64,000 nt of DNA, from positions 280,696-344,695 of the forward strand of contig PFAD01000008.1 in the NCBI GenBank assembly GCA_002773795.1. The letters run 5' to 3'. The first letter of the stretch is position 1, and each line of letters starts with the position of its first letter. Below the pieces are notes generated by a model. It did not search any database. It had not been told where the DNA came from and saw only the letters and a list, made by a program, of their open reading frames with translations. This stretch comes from Chlamydiae bacterium CG10_big_fil_rev_8_21_14_0_10_42_34. Its GTDB lineage: Bacteria; Chlamydiota; Chlamydiia; Chlamydiales; SM23-39. A program made the translations under genes and the position numbers. Below are positions 29,073-38,340 of this stretch, piece by piece.

Positions 29073-29231
29073 ATGGCAAAAGGCGCACGAGAAAATATTA
29101 AGCTAAAAAGCACCGAGTCTAATGAGACTTATTGGACTGTCAAAAATAAACGCAATACAACAGAGAGAATTGAGCTCAAAAAGTACGATTCTACTTTGCG
29201 CAAACACGTGGTTTTCAAAGAAGCAAAATAA
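29073..29231 (+). CDS. rpmG: 50S ribosomal protein L33
   Basis: Below the ORF-track size cutoff. Manual translation gives [56 protein letters not shown] lies upstream. Confidence 0.9.
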   Translation: MAKGARENIKLKSTESNETYWTVKNKRNTTERIELKKYDSTLRKHVVFKEAK

Positions 29232-29233
29232 TT

Positions 29234-30646
29234 TTGTTTGAGCTTTCAGTTGCTTACAAATATTTGATCCCAAGAAAAAAGTCGCTCTCAACAGCACTTA
29301 TTTCATTGATGTCGGTGTTTGTAATCTCGCTTGTGGTATGGCTGGTTTTAGTCTTCCTATCAGTCACCACAGGCATCGAAAAAAACTGGCTCACCAAGCT
29401 CACCTCCCTTCACGCTCCGATCCGGATCTCTCCTACTGAGGAGTACCATCAGTCGTATTATTACCAAATTGATGGCCTTTCTGCAGCCTCTCATTACTCG
29501 TTAAAAACAATTGGAGAAAAAGCTGAAAGCAACTTGAGCGATCCGTATGCAATTGACTTTGATGCAGAAATCCCTGCCCATTGGCCTAAAAAAGATCAAG
29601 TTGACCCAGTCAAGACCGCATTTGAAGAACTCGATGCACTTGGCTTAACAAGTCAAGACTATGAGATTAGTAGTGCGCTTTTGAGGCTCAATCGCGGAGG
29701 GGGCACAATTTTGTCACAAATGGCCTATCTCCTCTCTGAACCTTCAAAAAACCCAAGCTTCCCCTCACTTGTTTTAGAATCAACTCAGACTAAAAGCTCA
29801 GAAACGCCCATCTTACTCCCCAAAAACTATAAAGATAGCGGAGTGAAAATTGGGGACTTTGGAACACTCAACTATGCAGCGCCAACGGCAGCATCGTATC
29901 AGGAACAAAGGATCCCGATTCGTGTCAGTGGATTTTATGATCCAGGTCTTGTCTCCGTTGGGAACAAGTGCGTAATTGTCCCCAATCAGATCACACGGAC
30001 CATTCAAGCAGCGAACAAAACCTTTTCCCCAGACGGCACACCGACAAACGGGATCTTCGTCTGGTTCAACGATCTAACAGATGCCCCTGCCGTGAAAGAA
30101 AAAATAGCAAAACGTTTTGAAAAAGCTGGCATCTCCAAATATTGGAAAATTGACACCTATCGAGATTTCGAGTTTTCAAAAGACCTCATGCTCCAATTTC
30201 AAAGCGATCGAACCCTTTTCCTTCTGATTGCAGCGATTATCTTACTCGTCGCGTGCTGCAACATCATTTCCCTTCTTGTCCTTTTAGTAAACGATAAGAA
30301 AAAAGAGATCGCGATTTTGCAATCCATGGGCGCATCCTTTAAGAGCATTGCAGCCATTTTTGGTGTGTGTGGAATAGCAATGGGCGCTTTGAGCTGCCTT
30401 ATTGGTGTGGGACTTGCCATTTTCACCTTAAATCACCTAGATTCGCTCGTCCATTTTTTAAGTGCAATCCAAGGACACAATGCATTTAACCCTGCATTTT
30501 TTGGTCAAACGCTCCCGAATGAGCTGAGCACTCAGGCCCTCCTTTTTGTCCTCATTGCAACGCCCATCCTCTCGCTTGCAGCAGGTCTCATCCCTGCCAT
30601 CAAGGCGAGTCGCATTCGCCCGTCTACCGTTTTGAGGTCCGAATGA
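29234..30646 (+). CDS. LolC/LolE-type lipoprotein-release (FtsX-family) ABC permease
   Basis: TTG start. The N-terminal FELSVAYKYL..RK resembles LolC/E. Four TM segments with a large periplasmic loop. Confidence 0.75.
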   Translation: MFELSVAYKYLIPRKKSLSTALISLMSVFVISLVVWLVLVFLSVTTGIEKNWLTKLTSLHAPIRISPTEEYHQSYYYQIDGLSAASHYSLKTIGEKAESNLSDPYAIDFDAEIPAHWPKKDQVDPVKTAFEELDALGLTSQDYEISSALLRLNRGGGTILSQMAYLLSEPSKNPSFPSLVLESTQTKSSETPILLPKNYKDSGVKIGDFGTLNYAAPTAASYQEQRIPIRVSGFYDPGLVSVGNKCVIVPNQITRTIQAANKTFSPDGTPTNGIFVWFNDLTDAPAVKEKIAKRFEKAGISKYWKIDTYRDFEFSKDLMLQFQSDRTLFLLIAAIILLVACCNIISLLVLLVNDKKKEIAILQSMGASFKSIAAIFGVCGIAMGALSCLIGVGLAIFTLNHLDSLVHFLSAIQGHNAFNPAFFGQTLPNELSTQALLFVLIATPILSLAAGLIPAIKASRIRPSTVLRSE

Positions 30647-31272
30647 TCTTAAAGGCGAGAAACCTGATCAAAACGTATCCAAAAGTAAAGGTGCTATCCG
30701 ATATTTCATTATCGGTGGCTCTCGGCGATACAATTGCAATTTGTGGCAGATCCGGCGAGGGAAAAACAACACTGCTCCATATTCTCGGTGGCCTTGAAGA
30801 ACCAGATAAAGGGGAAATCGAAATCGGTGGCCACAGACTCACACGTTCCAATTGCCCACATATCAGAAACACTCAGATTGGCTTTATCTTTCAAGCCTAC
30901 AACCTACTCGAAGATTTCACCGCCCTAGAAAATGTTCTCATGCCTGCTAAAATTGCCCGCAAAGCAACGACCAGACAAAAAGGGCTCGATCTCTTGTCTC
31001 TTGTCGGCCTTGAAGATCGAGCCGATTTTCCTGCAAAACTTCTCTCTGGCGGAGAAAGACAAAGAGTGGCCATAGCAAGAGCGCTTTGCAATGACCCAAA
31101 TCTCATTTTAGCGGATGAGCCAACGGGGAATCTCGATCGCGCCAATGCAAAAAAAATTGGGGAACTTCTTATCTCGTTGAAGAAAAGTCTCATCTTAGTC
31201 ACACACGATCCCGACTTAAGTGCACTTTGCCAAAAGCAATATGTTCTCAAAGAGGGAAATCTATTATTATAG
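30643..31272 (+). CDS. lolD: lipoprotein-release ABC transporter ATP-binding protein
   Basis: Walker A GRSGEGKTT, signature LSGGERQR, Walker B ILADEPTGNLD. ATGA overlap with the permease gene. Confidence 0.8.
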   Translation: MILKARNLIKTYPKVKVLSDISLSVALGDTIAICGRSGEGKTTLLHILGGLEEPDKGEIEIGGHRLTRSNCPHIRNTQIGFIFQAYNLLEDFTALENVLMPAKIARKATTRQKGLDLLSLVGLEDRADFPAKLLSGGERQRVAIARALCNDPNLILADEPTGNLDRANAKKIGELLISLKKSLILVTHDPDLSALCQKQYVLKEGNLLL

Positions 31273-31392
31273 CCATCGTAATTTTAACATTGGCTTAGAT
31301 ACAGCACACTCGCTCAACTCTGCAAGCTGATTTGGGTGGAAAAGAAATACCGTTTTCTGCTACGAATATCGTCTTAATTATTGGAGAATGTC

Positions 31393-32730
31393 ATGCAGAT
31401 TTTAATGGTGGGTACTGGATATGTTGGATTGGTTACTGGGGCATGCTTTGCCGAAATGGGACACACTGTCACATGTTTAGATATCGACTCTGAAAAAATC
31501 AGCAAATTAAATCAAGGCATCATCCCAATTTACGAACCGGGTCTTGAAGAGATCGTCAAGCGCAACATCAAACAACATCGACTCTTTTTTACAACAGATT
31601 ACCAAAGCGCAGTTGCAAATTCCTTGGTCTGCTTCATTGCAGTCCCAACGCCCTCTAAAGAAGATGGATCTTGCGATGTGAGTTATGTAGAGGCTGCGGC
31701 AAGAGAAATCGGGATGAATATGACAGATTATCGAGTCATTGTAAACAAATCGACAGTCCCTGTCGGAACGGCAAATCTTGTTACAAAAGTTATTAAGGAA
31801 GTCACTGACGTCCCGTTTGACGTCGTCTCGAATCCCGAATTTTTAAAAGAGGGAGCAGCTGTTCAAGACTGTTTAAAGCCAGACAGAATTATTATCGGCT
31901 CCAATGCTTCTAAACCGGCTGAAATTTTAAAAGAGATCTACTCTGCATTTACGTTGAATCACGAAAGGATGATCGTAATGGACACACTCTCTGCCGAGAT
32001 GACCAAATACGCAGCCAATGCCATGCTTGCAACTCGCATCTCGTTCATGAACGAGATAGCAGACATCTGTAAGCGAGTTGGCGCTAATGTGAACGAAGTG
32101 AGAAAAGGGATCGGCTCAGATTCCAGAATTGGATATAGCTTCCTTTATCCGGGAGTAGGCTATGGTGGCTCATGCTTTCCGAAAGATATTCGCGCCCTCA
32201 TCGCAGTGGCAAAAAATGCAGGGGCAGAGCCCACTCTTTTAGAAGCTGCAGATTCTGTGAATAACCGGCAGAAAAAGATCCTCGCAGAAAAAATGCTGAA
32301 GTATTTTGCCAAAAAAGGGGGCCTCAAAGGGAAAACGATCGCCGTTTGGGGACTTTCCTTTAAGCCGGATACCGATGATATGAGAGAGGCCCCTTCTTTG
32401 AACTTGATCGAAGATCTGATCAAGCAAGGAGCCTCTTTACGCCTGTTCGATCCAGTTGCTATGCCAAATGCAAAAAAGGTCTTGGAGGGATTGCCTAACA
32501 TTTCTTGGTGCGAAGATGAGTTCGATGCAGCAAAAGGGGCCGATGCAATCGCATTATTAACAGAGTGGAAACAGTTCCGTCTCGTCGACTTCAAGCCAAT
32601 TCAAGGCGAAATGAAAGGGTTTGCCTTCTTTGACGGCCGCAACCAGTACAAACCTTTGGACATGAAAGGCAAAGGGTTTGATTATATCTCTATTGGCGTA
32701 CCCGATCAGATGCATGATAAGAAAAATTGA
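31393..32730 (+). CDS. ugd: UDP-glucose 6-dehydrogenase
   Basis: MVGTGYVGL and GGSCFPKD. The ATG at 31393, preceded by GGAG, is preferred. Confidence 0.9.
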   Translation: MQILMVGTGYVGLVTGACFAEMGHTVTCLDIDSEKISKLNQGIIPIYEPGLEEIVKRNIKQHRLFFTTDYQSAVANSLVCFIAVPTPSKEDGSCDVSYVEAAAREIGMNMTDYRVIVNKSTVPVGTANLVTKVIKEVTDVPFDVVSNPEFLKEGAAVQDCLKPDRIIIGSNASKPAEILKEIYSAFTLNHERMIVMDTLSAEMTKYAANAMLATRISFMNEIADICKRVGANVNEVRKGIGSDSRIGYSFLYPGVGYGGSCFPKDIRALIAVAKNAGAEPTLLEAADSVNNRQKKILAEKMLKYFAKKGGLKGKTIAVWGLSFKPDTDDMREAPSLNLIEDLIKQGASLRLFDPVAMPNAKKVLEGLPNISWCEDEFDAAKGADAIALLTEWKQFRLVDFKPIQGEMKGFAFFDGRNQYKPLDMKGKGFDYISIGVPDQMHDKKN

Positions 32731-33553
32731 AGAAAGGCTCAAAGAGCTCATCCCAACAAAAGATGAAACGATTTTTGAAGCAGGACGCTACTCTCTTCTT
32801 TCGACAGGAAAGAGAATCCGTCCCCTTCTAACAATGGCAACAGCTGCAACCTTTGGGGTAGATCCCCTCATAGCACTGGATCCTGCCTGTGCAATTGAGA
32901 TGATCCATAGCTATTCGCTCATTCATGACGATCTTCCGTGTATGGACAATGACGATCTTCGAAGAGGCAAGCCAACACTTCACAAAGTCTACGGAGAATC
33001 GATGGCCCTTCTTGCAGGAGATTATCTTCTTACCTATGCCTTTGAGGTGATTGCAAATGCTTCTATTTTGGGGCGCGAGCAACGGCTGCAAATGATCAAA
33101 ACTGTCGCAATGCGGGCTGGGGCTCCAGGAATGATCGGGGGGCAAGCTTTTGATATTGAGTCAAAAGGGAAAGAGATTGATGAAGAAGCCCTTTTACAAA
33201 TGCACTATGGAAAAACCGCAGCTCTTCTCACAGCTTGTCTTGAATGCGGAAGCTTAGCCGCTGGATACCCACCCACCGACCTACTGCAATCTATTGGGTT
33301 AGAGCTTGGGCTTGCTTATCAGTATCAAGACGACCTATTAGACGCCACTTCAACAACTGCAATTTTAGGAAAAACGGCAGGATCAGATGCTGCTGAAGAC
33401 AAGCCAACTGCAGTTTCACTTTTTGGAATTGATGGCACGCAAGAAAGACTTGCGCACATGAATCAATCAATCAATCATAAGCTTTCTTGTTTGCCGAAAA
33501 ATGGAGGAGAACTTGCAACTGTAATTTCCGCCATTTTACAAAGAAGTTCGTAA
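32714..33553 (+). CDS. ispA: (E)-polyprenyl diphosphate synthase (FPP/GGPP synthase type)
   Basis: Two Asp-rich motifs, HDDLPCMDNDDLRRG and YQDDLLD. Confidence 0.85.
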   Translation: MIRKIEERLKELIPTKDETIFEAGRYSLLSTGKRIRPLLTMATAATFGVDPLIALDPACAIEMIHSYSLIHDDLPCMDNDDLRRGKPTLHKVYGESMALLAGDYLLTYAFEVIANASILGREQRLQMIKTVAMRAGAPGMIGGQAFDIESKGKEIDEEALLQMHYGKTAALLTACLECGSLAAGYPPTDLLQSIGLELGLAYQYQDDLLDATSTTAILGKTAGSDAAEDKPTAVSLFGIDGTQERLAHMNQSINHKLSCLPKNGGELATVISAILQRSS

Positions 33554-33619
33554 ACTTTAAATCACTGCATATTGACACACAAATCGAAATTGCTTACCGT
33601 ATTCGTTTAGTGTGAACCT

Positions 33620-34621
33620 ATGAAAGAAACAATCTTAGTAACAGGTGGCGCAGGTTATATTGGCAGCCACACATGCAAGGCTTTAGCAAAGGCTGGATAT
33701 ACTCCCGTAGTTTTCGACAACTTATCCACTGGACATGCATATGCAATAAAGTGGGGCCCGTTTGTTCAAGGAGATCTCTCTGACAAGACAAAGTTGGATG
33801 AGGCCTTTTCAAAGTTTAAGCCCAAAGCTGTCATCCATTTCGCAGCCGATGCTCTCGTTGTTGAATCGATCAATAACCCAGGCAAATATTATCGAAACAA
33901 CATAGCTGGCACGATCTCGTTATTGGAAGCAATGCGCGATCACGAGGTAAAAAAACTCGTTTTTTCTAGTAGCTGCGCAACCTACGGTCAACCTCAATTT
34001 AATCCGATTACTGAAAAACATCCGCAATCCCCTATCAATCCTTATGGGCGCACAAAGCTAATGGCTGAGCAGATATTTGCAGATTTTGAAGCAGCTCATG
34101 CAATTCAAGCGATCAACTTACGCTATTTCAATGCTGCAGGCGCAGATCTTGAGACGCAAATCGGAGAAAACCATGCACCTGAAACGCACCTGATTCCCGT
34201 AGTGATTCAAGCAGCTTTGGGTTTAAGGGAAGAAGTTGTCGTCTACGGGACAGATTTCGAAACAAAAGATGGCAGCGCTGTTCGCGATTACGTCCATGTA
34301 CAGGATTTAGCAAATGCTCACGTATCTGCACTTAAATGTGAAAAAAGCGCTTCGATCAACTTAGGCACAGGTACGGGCCACTCTGTTTTAGAGATCATCG
34401 ACGCCGTGCAAAAATATTGCGGCAAAGAGATTTCTGTTCGTCTAGAAGCGAGACGCTTGGGCGAGCCTGGAATCTTAACTGCAGACAACTCAAAAGCAAA
34501 AGAGCTATTGAACTGGGTGCCAGAAACATCAGACCTACCCACGTTGATTGAATCTGCCTGGAAGTGGCATCAACTCCTATTTGAAAATGCACATCTCGTT
34601 CGTACAGTTTTAAAATGTTAA
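33620..34621 (+). CDS. galE: UDP-glucose 4-epimerase
   Basis: VTGGAGYIGSH and YGRTK (YxxxK). 333 aa. Confidence 0.9.
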   Translation: MKETILVTGGAGYIGSHTCKALAKAGYTPVVFDNLSTGHAYAIKWGPFVQGDLSDKTKLDEAFSKFKPKAVIHFAADALVVESINNPGKYYRNNIAGTISLLEAMRDHEVKKLVFSSSCATYGQPQFNPITEKHPQSPINPYGRTKLMAEQIFADFEAAHAIQAINLRYFNAAGADLETQIGENHAPETHLIPVVIQAALGLREEVVVYGTDFETKDGSAVRDYVHVQDLANAHVSALKCEKSASINLGTGTGHSVLEIIDAVQKYCGKEISVRLEARRLGEPGILTADNSKAKELLNWVPETSDLPTLIESAWKWHQLLFENAHLVRTVLKC

Positions 34622-35139
34622 CTTTAGCCTTTTTACTAGCTACATTTGCTCTCATATTGCAGGGAATTTTCATTCCTAAGATCGCAATTTTAGCCTTTGC
34701 CCCTTTTCTTGCGATCACAACTTTAAAAAGTCCCTTAATTCAAGCCTTAGTGCTCAGTGCTTTTGCGGGAGCTTTTATGGATCTCCTCTCCGACGATCCA
34801 ATGGGGGTTCATGCACTCAACTATGTTACAGTAACAGCACTCCTTTATCGAATTCGGAAACATTTTTCGCATGATGAGGCGCTCCATATCACTTTATTTT
34901 CCGGTATTGTCTCTGTGCTCTCAACATTAATTCAACTTTTCCTCCTTTTTCTTTTTGACAGAAGAGTGCCTTTTGTCGGAAAATGGATTTTTGCCGACCT
35001 TATTGGCATGCCGGTGATCGACGCGCTCTATGCCTTTGTTTGGTTTGCAGCGCCTCTCACTTTAGCTGCTAAGATTCGTCGAACGTGGACATTATTTTGG
35101 TTGAAAAGAAAGAATCCCTTTCCAATATCACGCTCGTAG
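34615..35139 (+). CDS. MreD-like polytopic membrane protein
   Basis: 174 aa with about 5 TM segments. The central AFAGAFMDLLSDDPMGVHAL resembles the MreD signature (G..lDl.s...lG..al). Confidence 0.4.
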   Translation: MLTLAFLLATFALILQGIFIPKIAILAFAPFLAITTLKSPLIQALVLSAFAGAFMDLLSDDPMGVHALNYVTVTALLYRIRKHFSHDEALHITLFSGIVSVLSTLIQLFLLFLFDRRVPFVGKWIFADLIGMPVIDALYAFVWFAAPLTLAAKIRRTWTLFWLKRKNPFPISRS

Positions 35140-35903
35140 CCATCGAAGCTGCATTAGCAGCTGGAGAACTACTGAGACAAGGTTTTGGTACCAATTTTTC
35201 GATTTCTTCCAAAGAAGGGAGACACAACCTCGTCACTGAATATGATCACAAAGCAGAAAAACTAATTCTTGATTTCATCTCTCAAAACGTCCCCAACTCC
35301 CACTTTTTAGCAGAAGAGAGCGGCTTTAGTGGTAAAGATAAAGGGGGCATTTGTTGGATCGTTGACCCCCTTGATGGAACGGTTAATTTTGCCCACCAAA
35401 TTCCCACTTTTGCAGTTAGCATAGCTGCGCAAAGGCAAGGTAAAATCATAAGCGGAGTCATTTTCTTACCCATTACCCACGAGCTATTTGTTGCGGAAAT
35501 TGGTAAGGGAGCATTTCTTAATGGTCAAGAAATACGGGTGTCTCAAGTAAGATCGCTTGAAGAGTCAATTTTAGCAACCGGCTTTCCCTACGATTTAGCG
35601 AAAAATCCATTTCATTGTATCGATCACTTCACCGATATATTAAAAGTGGGCATTCCAATCCGCCGAATGGGCGCCGCAGCAATTGATCTAGCCTATACAG
35701 CAGCAGGGAGATTCGAAGGTTTTTTTGAAGTTGAATTAGCCCCTTGGGATGTTGCCGCAGGAAAATTACTCGTTGAAGAGGCAGGAGGCAAAGTCACAAG
35801 CTGGGATAATACTTTATTTGACATCCATTCGAGGGCAACAATCTTCGCATCAAACGGCCATATTCACAATTCTGTTTCTGCAATTTTAAATAGGACGGTT
35901 TAA
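35085..35903 (+). CDS. suhB: inositol monophosphatase family protein
   Basis: WIVDPLDGTVNF and WDVAAGKLLVEEAGG. The start is uncertain (ATG 35085 or TTG 35097). Confidence 0.85.
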   Translation: MDIILVEKKESLSNITLVAIEAALAAGELLRQGFGTNFSISSKEGRHNLVTEYDHKAEKLILDFISQNVPNSHFLAEESGFSGKDKGGICWIVDPLDGTVNFAHQIPTFAVSIAAQRQGKIISGVIFLPITHELFVAEIGKGAFLNGQEIRVSQVRSLEESILATGFPYDLAKNPFHCIDHFTDILKVGIPIRRMGAAAIDLAYTAAGRFEGFFEVELAPWDVAAGKLLVEEAGGKVTSWDNTLFDIHSRATIFASNGHIHNSVSAILNRTV

Positions 35904-37687
35904 TGTTGATTGATGGGAAAAAAACCGCAAATGAAATCCAAGCAGAAATTAGGTCGCAAATTGGACTCCACAAGACAAGAAAACCGGGTCTTGCTGTCCT
36001 ATTAGTTGGGGATAATCCTGCATCTCATACCTATGTAAAATATAAGAGAAAAGCGTGCGCTGAAGTTGGGATTGTCTCAACAGTCATCGAACTTGCAGGA
36101 AGCATTTCTGAATCAGACCTGTTAAAGCAGATCGAAAAGCTCAATCAAAACCCAGCGGTTGATGGGATTTTAGTTCAACTTCCCCTCCCCTCACACATCG
36201 ATGAAAAAAATATTACTTCCGCAATTGATCCGTTAAAAGACATAGACGGGTTTCACCCGATCAATGTGGGGAAAATGCTTTTAGGTATTGATGATGGGTT
36301 TTTTCCTTGCACCCCATTAGGCATTAAGGTTTTACTCGAAAAGCACAAAATTCCTGTCGAGGGTAAACACATTGTGATCGTGGGGCGAAGCAATATTGTG
36401 GGAAAGCCGTTAGCTGCAATCCTTATGCAAAAAAAGCCCCACTGTAATGCCACCGTCACGGTAGCTCACAGCCAATCTGAAAATTTACAACAACTTACAA
36501 AATCTGCAGACATTCTGATTGCAGCATTGGGACGTCCTCTTTTTATAAAAAAAGAGATGGTTAAGCCCAAATCTACCATTATCGATGTTGGAATCAATCG
36601 TATGCCTAATGGAAAACTGATTGGAGACGTCGATTTTGATGAGGTGAGTAAAGTTGCAGGCCATATAACGCCCGTTCCAGGTGGCATTGGCCCGATGACA
36701 ATTGCAATGCTTTTGCAAAATACATTTAAGGCATTTTTAAAGACGCTTCTCGTACTTTTCCTTTTTGCCTCGTGCAGTCAATCTCCTAAAGATCTCTGCA
36801 CCCATTTTGAAGGGACAGAAATGGCTCGCCCCTATCAAATTACGGTAGGTAAAATCCTTTCAGCGAAAGAAAAGCGACTCGTTGAAAAAGTGATTCAAGA
36901 GACCTTTTTAGATGCACGTACCCTTTTTGACAATAACGATCCAGGCTCTGAAATCTCAAAGTTAAATAGCGCTTCTGCAAACACATTGATTCCCCTCTCT
37001 AAGCCCCTGCAAGACCTATTAACTCTCTGTGATAAAATCGTCTCTTTGAGTGGAGGAAGATTTGACCCAACTGTTGAGCCTTTAGAAAAATTATGGAAAC
37101 AGACACCAAATCCTACTGTAGACGCGCTTCAAAACGCCTGCGATGCTACTGGATGGGAACATATCTGTATCCATAATGGGATCTTCAAAAAAGATCGGCC
37201 TGAGACTGCATTAGATCTGTTAGGAGTTTCAAAAGGACTTTGTGTTGACTGGATTGTTGAAAGACTCGAAAAATTAGGGTTTTCAGACCTGTTAGTCAAA
37301 TGGTCTGGTGAAATTCGAGGAATTGGACACCATCCGGAAAATCGCGATTGGTCTGTTGAAGTAGATCCAAGCTTGAGAGTGAACGAACAGCCCATGGCTC
37401 CACTGCCTTTACGCGATTGCGCAATTTCTACATGTGTAAACCGTGGCTATATGATCGATCCATTAACGGCAAGCCCCTTATACAATAGACGCTCCGAAGC
37501 TTGGAATTTTGAGCGCGCTATCGCGTCGGTTACCGTCATCGCACCCACGTGCGCACTCGCAGATGCATTAGCAACAGCTGCGATGGTTTTCCAAACGCGA
37601 AGTGAAGCTGAAAAATGGGCGCAAGAAATTGTTGATTTATACCCAAACGTAAGCTTTTGGATCTTAAGTCATAGGGATGACAGATGA
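35903..37687 (+). CDS. folD: single 594-codon ORF joining FolD (methylene-THF dehydrogenase/cyclohydrolase) to ApbE (FAD:protein FMN transferase)
   Basis: Residues 1-~275 are FolD (VGDNPASHTYVKYKRKAC, VGRSNIVGKP, PVPGGIGPMTIAMLL). Residues ~265-594 are ApbE (GGRFDPTVEPL, DLLGVSKGLCVD, SVTVIAPTCALADALATA). No stop codon separates the two parts. Confidence 0.85.
   Translation: MLIDGKKTANEIQAEIRSQIGLHKTRKPGLAVLLVGDNPASHTYVKYKRKACAEVGIVSTVIELAGSISESDLLKQIEKLNQNPAVDGILVQLPLPSHIDEKNITSAIDPLKDIDGFHPINVGKMLLGIDDGFFPCTPLGIKVLLEKHKIPVEGKHIVIVGRSNIVGKPLAAILMQKKPHCNATVTVAHSQSENLQQLTKSADILIAALGRPLFIKKEMVKPKSTIIDVGINRMPNGKLIGDVDFDEVSKVAGHITPVPGGIGPMTIAMLLQNTFKAFLKTLLVLFLFASCSQSPKDLCTHFEGTEMARPYQITVGKILSAKEKRLVEKVIQETFLDARTLFDNNDPGSEISKLNSASANTLIPLSKPLQDLLTLCDKIVSLSGGRFDPTVEPLEKLWKQTPNPTVDALQNACDATGWEHICIHNGIFKKDRPETALDLLGVSKGLCVDWIVERLEKLGFSDLLVKWSGEIRGIGHHPENRDWSVEVDPSLRVNEQPMAPLPLRDCAISTCVNRGYMIDPLTASPLYNRRSEAWNFERAIASVTVIAPTCALADALATAAMVFQTRSEAEKWAQEIVDLYPNVSFWILSHRDDR
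36695..37687 (+). CDS. apbE: ApbE moiety, possibly expressed separately as a lipoprotein from an internal in-frame start
   Basis: In-frame ATGs at 36695 and 36707. AGGTGG lies 10 nt upstream of 36695. The peptide M(TIAM)LLQNTFKAFLKTLLVLFLFASC looks like a lipoprotein signal, with Cys at 36773-36775. Confidence 0.5.
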   Translation: MTIAMLLQNTFKAFLKTLLVLFLFASCSQSPKDLCTHFEGTEMARPYQITVGKILSAKEKRLVEKVIQETFLDARTLFDNNDPGSEISKLNSASANTLIPLSKPLQDLLTLCDKIVSLSGGRFDPTVEPLEKLWKQTPNPTVDALQNACDATGWEHICIHNGIFKKDRPETALDLLGVSKGLCVDWIVERLEKLGFSDLLVKWSGEIRGIGHHPENRDWSVEVDPSLRVNEQPMAPLPLRDCAISTCVNRGYMIDPLTASPLYNRRSEAWNFERAIASVTVIAPTCALADALATAAMVFQTRSEAEKWAQEIVDLYPNVSFWILSHRDDR

Positions 37688-38295
37688 TTAAAACGGTCTA
37701 TTTTGATCTCGGAAATGTACTGGTGTTTTTCAGTTTTCCAAAAATGCTTGGACAAATGAGTCGCTGTACAGGCCTTTCTCTAGAGCAAATACAAAAACTT
37801 CTTATTCATACAGAGCTCAGAGAGCAATATGAAAAAGGACTGATTAATACAAAACAGCTTTATGAAACATTTCTCAAGCAAGCCCCTCACCCCTTTACGT
37901 TGCCTGAGTTCACCCATGCATTTTCCGATATTTTCACCCCCAATACAGATCTTTGGCCTTTAATTGAAGATCTTAAGAAAAATGGGATCAGGCTCGTCCT
38001 TTTGTCGAATACATCACAATGCCACTTTGACTTCGCAAAGAAACACTACCCCATTCTCGATGTATTTGATCACAAAGTCCTTTCCTATGAACTCGGCGTA
38101 TGGAAGCCTGATATACAAATATTTGAAAAAGCTCTCATTCATTCCCAATGCCAATTGGATGAATGCTTCTATACCGACGATATCGCAGAATTTATCGAAA
38201 GTGCAAGGAAAGTGGGGCTTCAAGGGGAAATATTTACCGATGTCCCTAAACTAAGACAAGATCTGATCCTTCGAGGCTGTACATTTCTTAAATAG
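37684..38295 (+). CDS. HAD-superfamily hydrolase (subfamily IA)
   Basis: N-terminal VYFDLGNVL, LLSNTS, and a C-terminal DD motif (YTDDIAEF). Confidence 0.7.
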   Translation: MIKTVYFDLGNVLVFFSFPKMLGQMSRCTGLSLEQIQKLLIHTELREQYEKGLINTKQLYETFLKQAPHPFTLPEFTHAFSDIFTPNTDLWPLIEDLKKNGIRLVLLSNTSQCHFDFAKKHYPILDVFDHKVLSYELGVWKPDIQIFEKALIHSQCQLDECFYTDDIAEFIESARKVGLQGEIFTDVPKLRQDLILRGCTFLK

Positions 38296-38340
38296 ATTAA
38301 AACTCTTGTACCATATCTGCCCCTCTTCTATCATGAAGCT

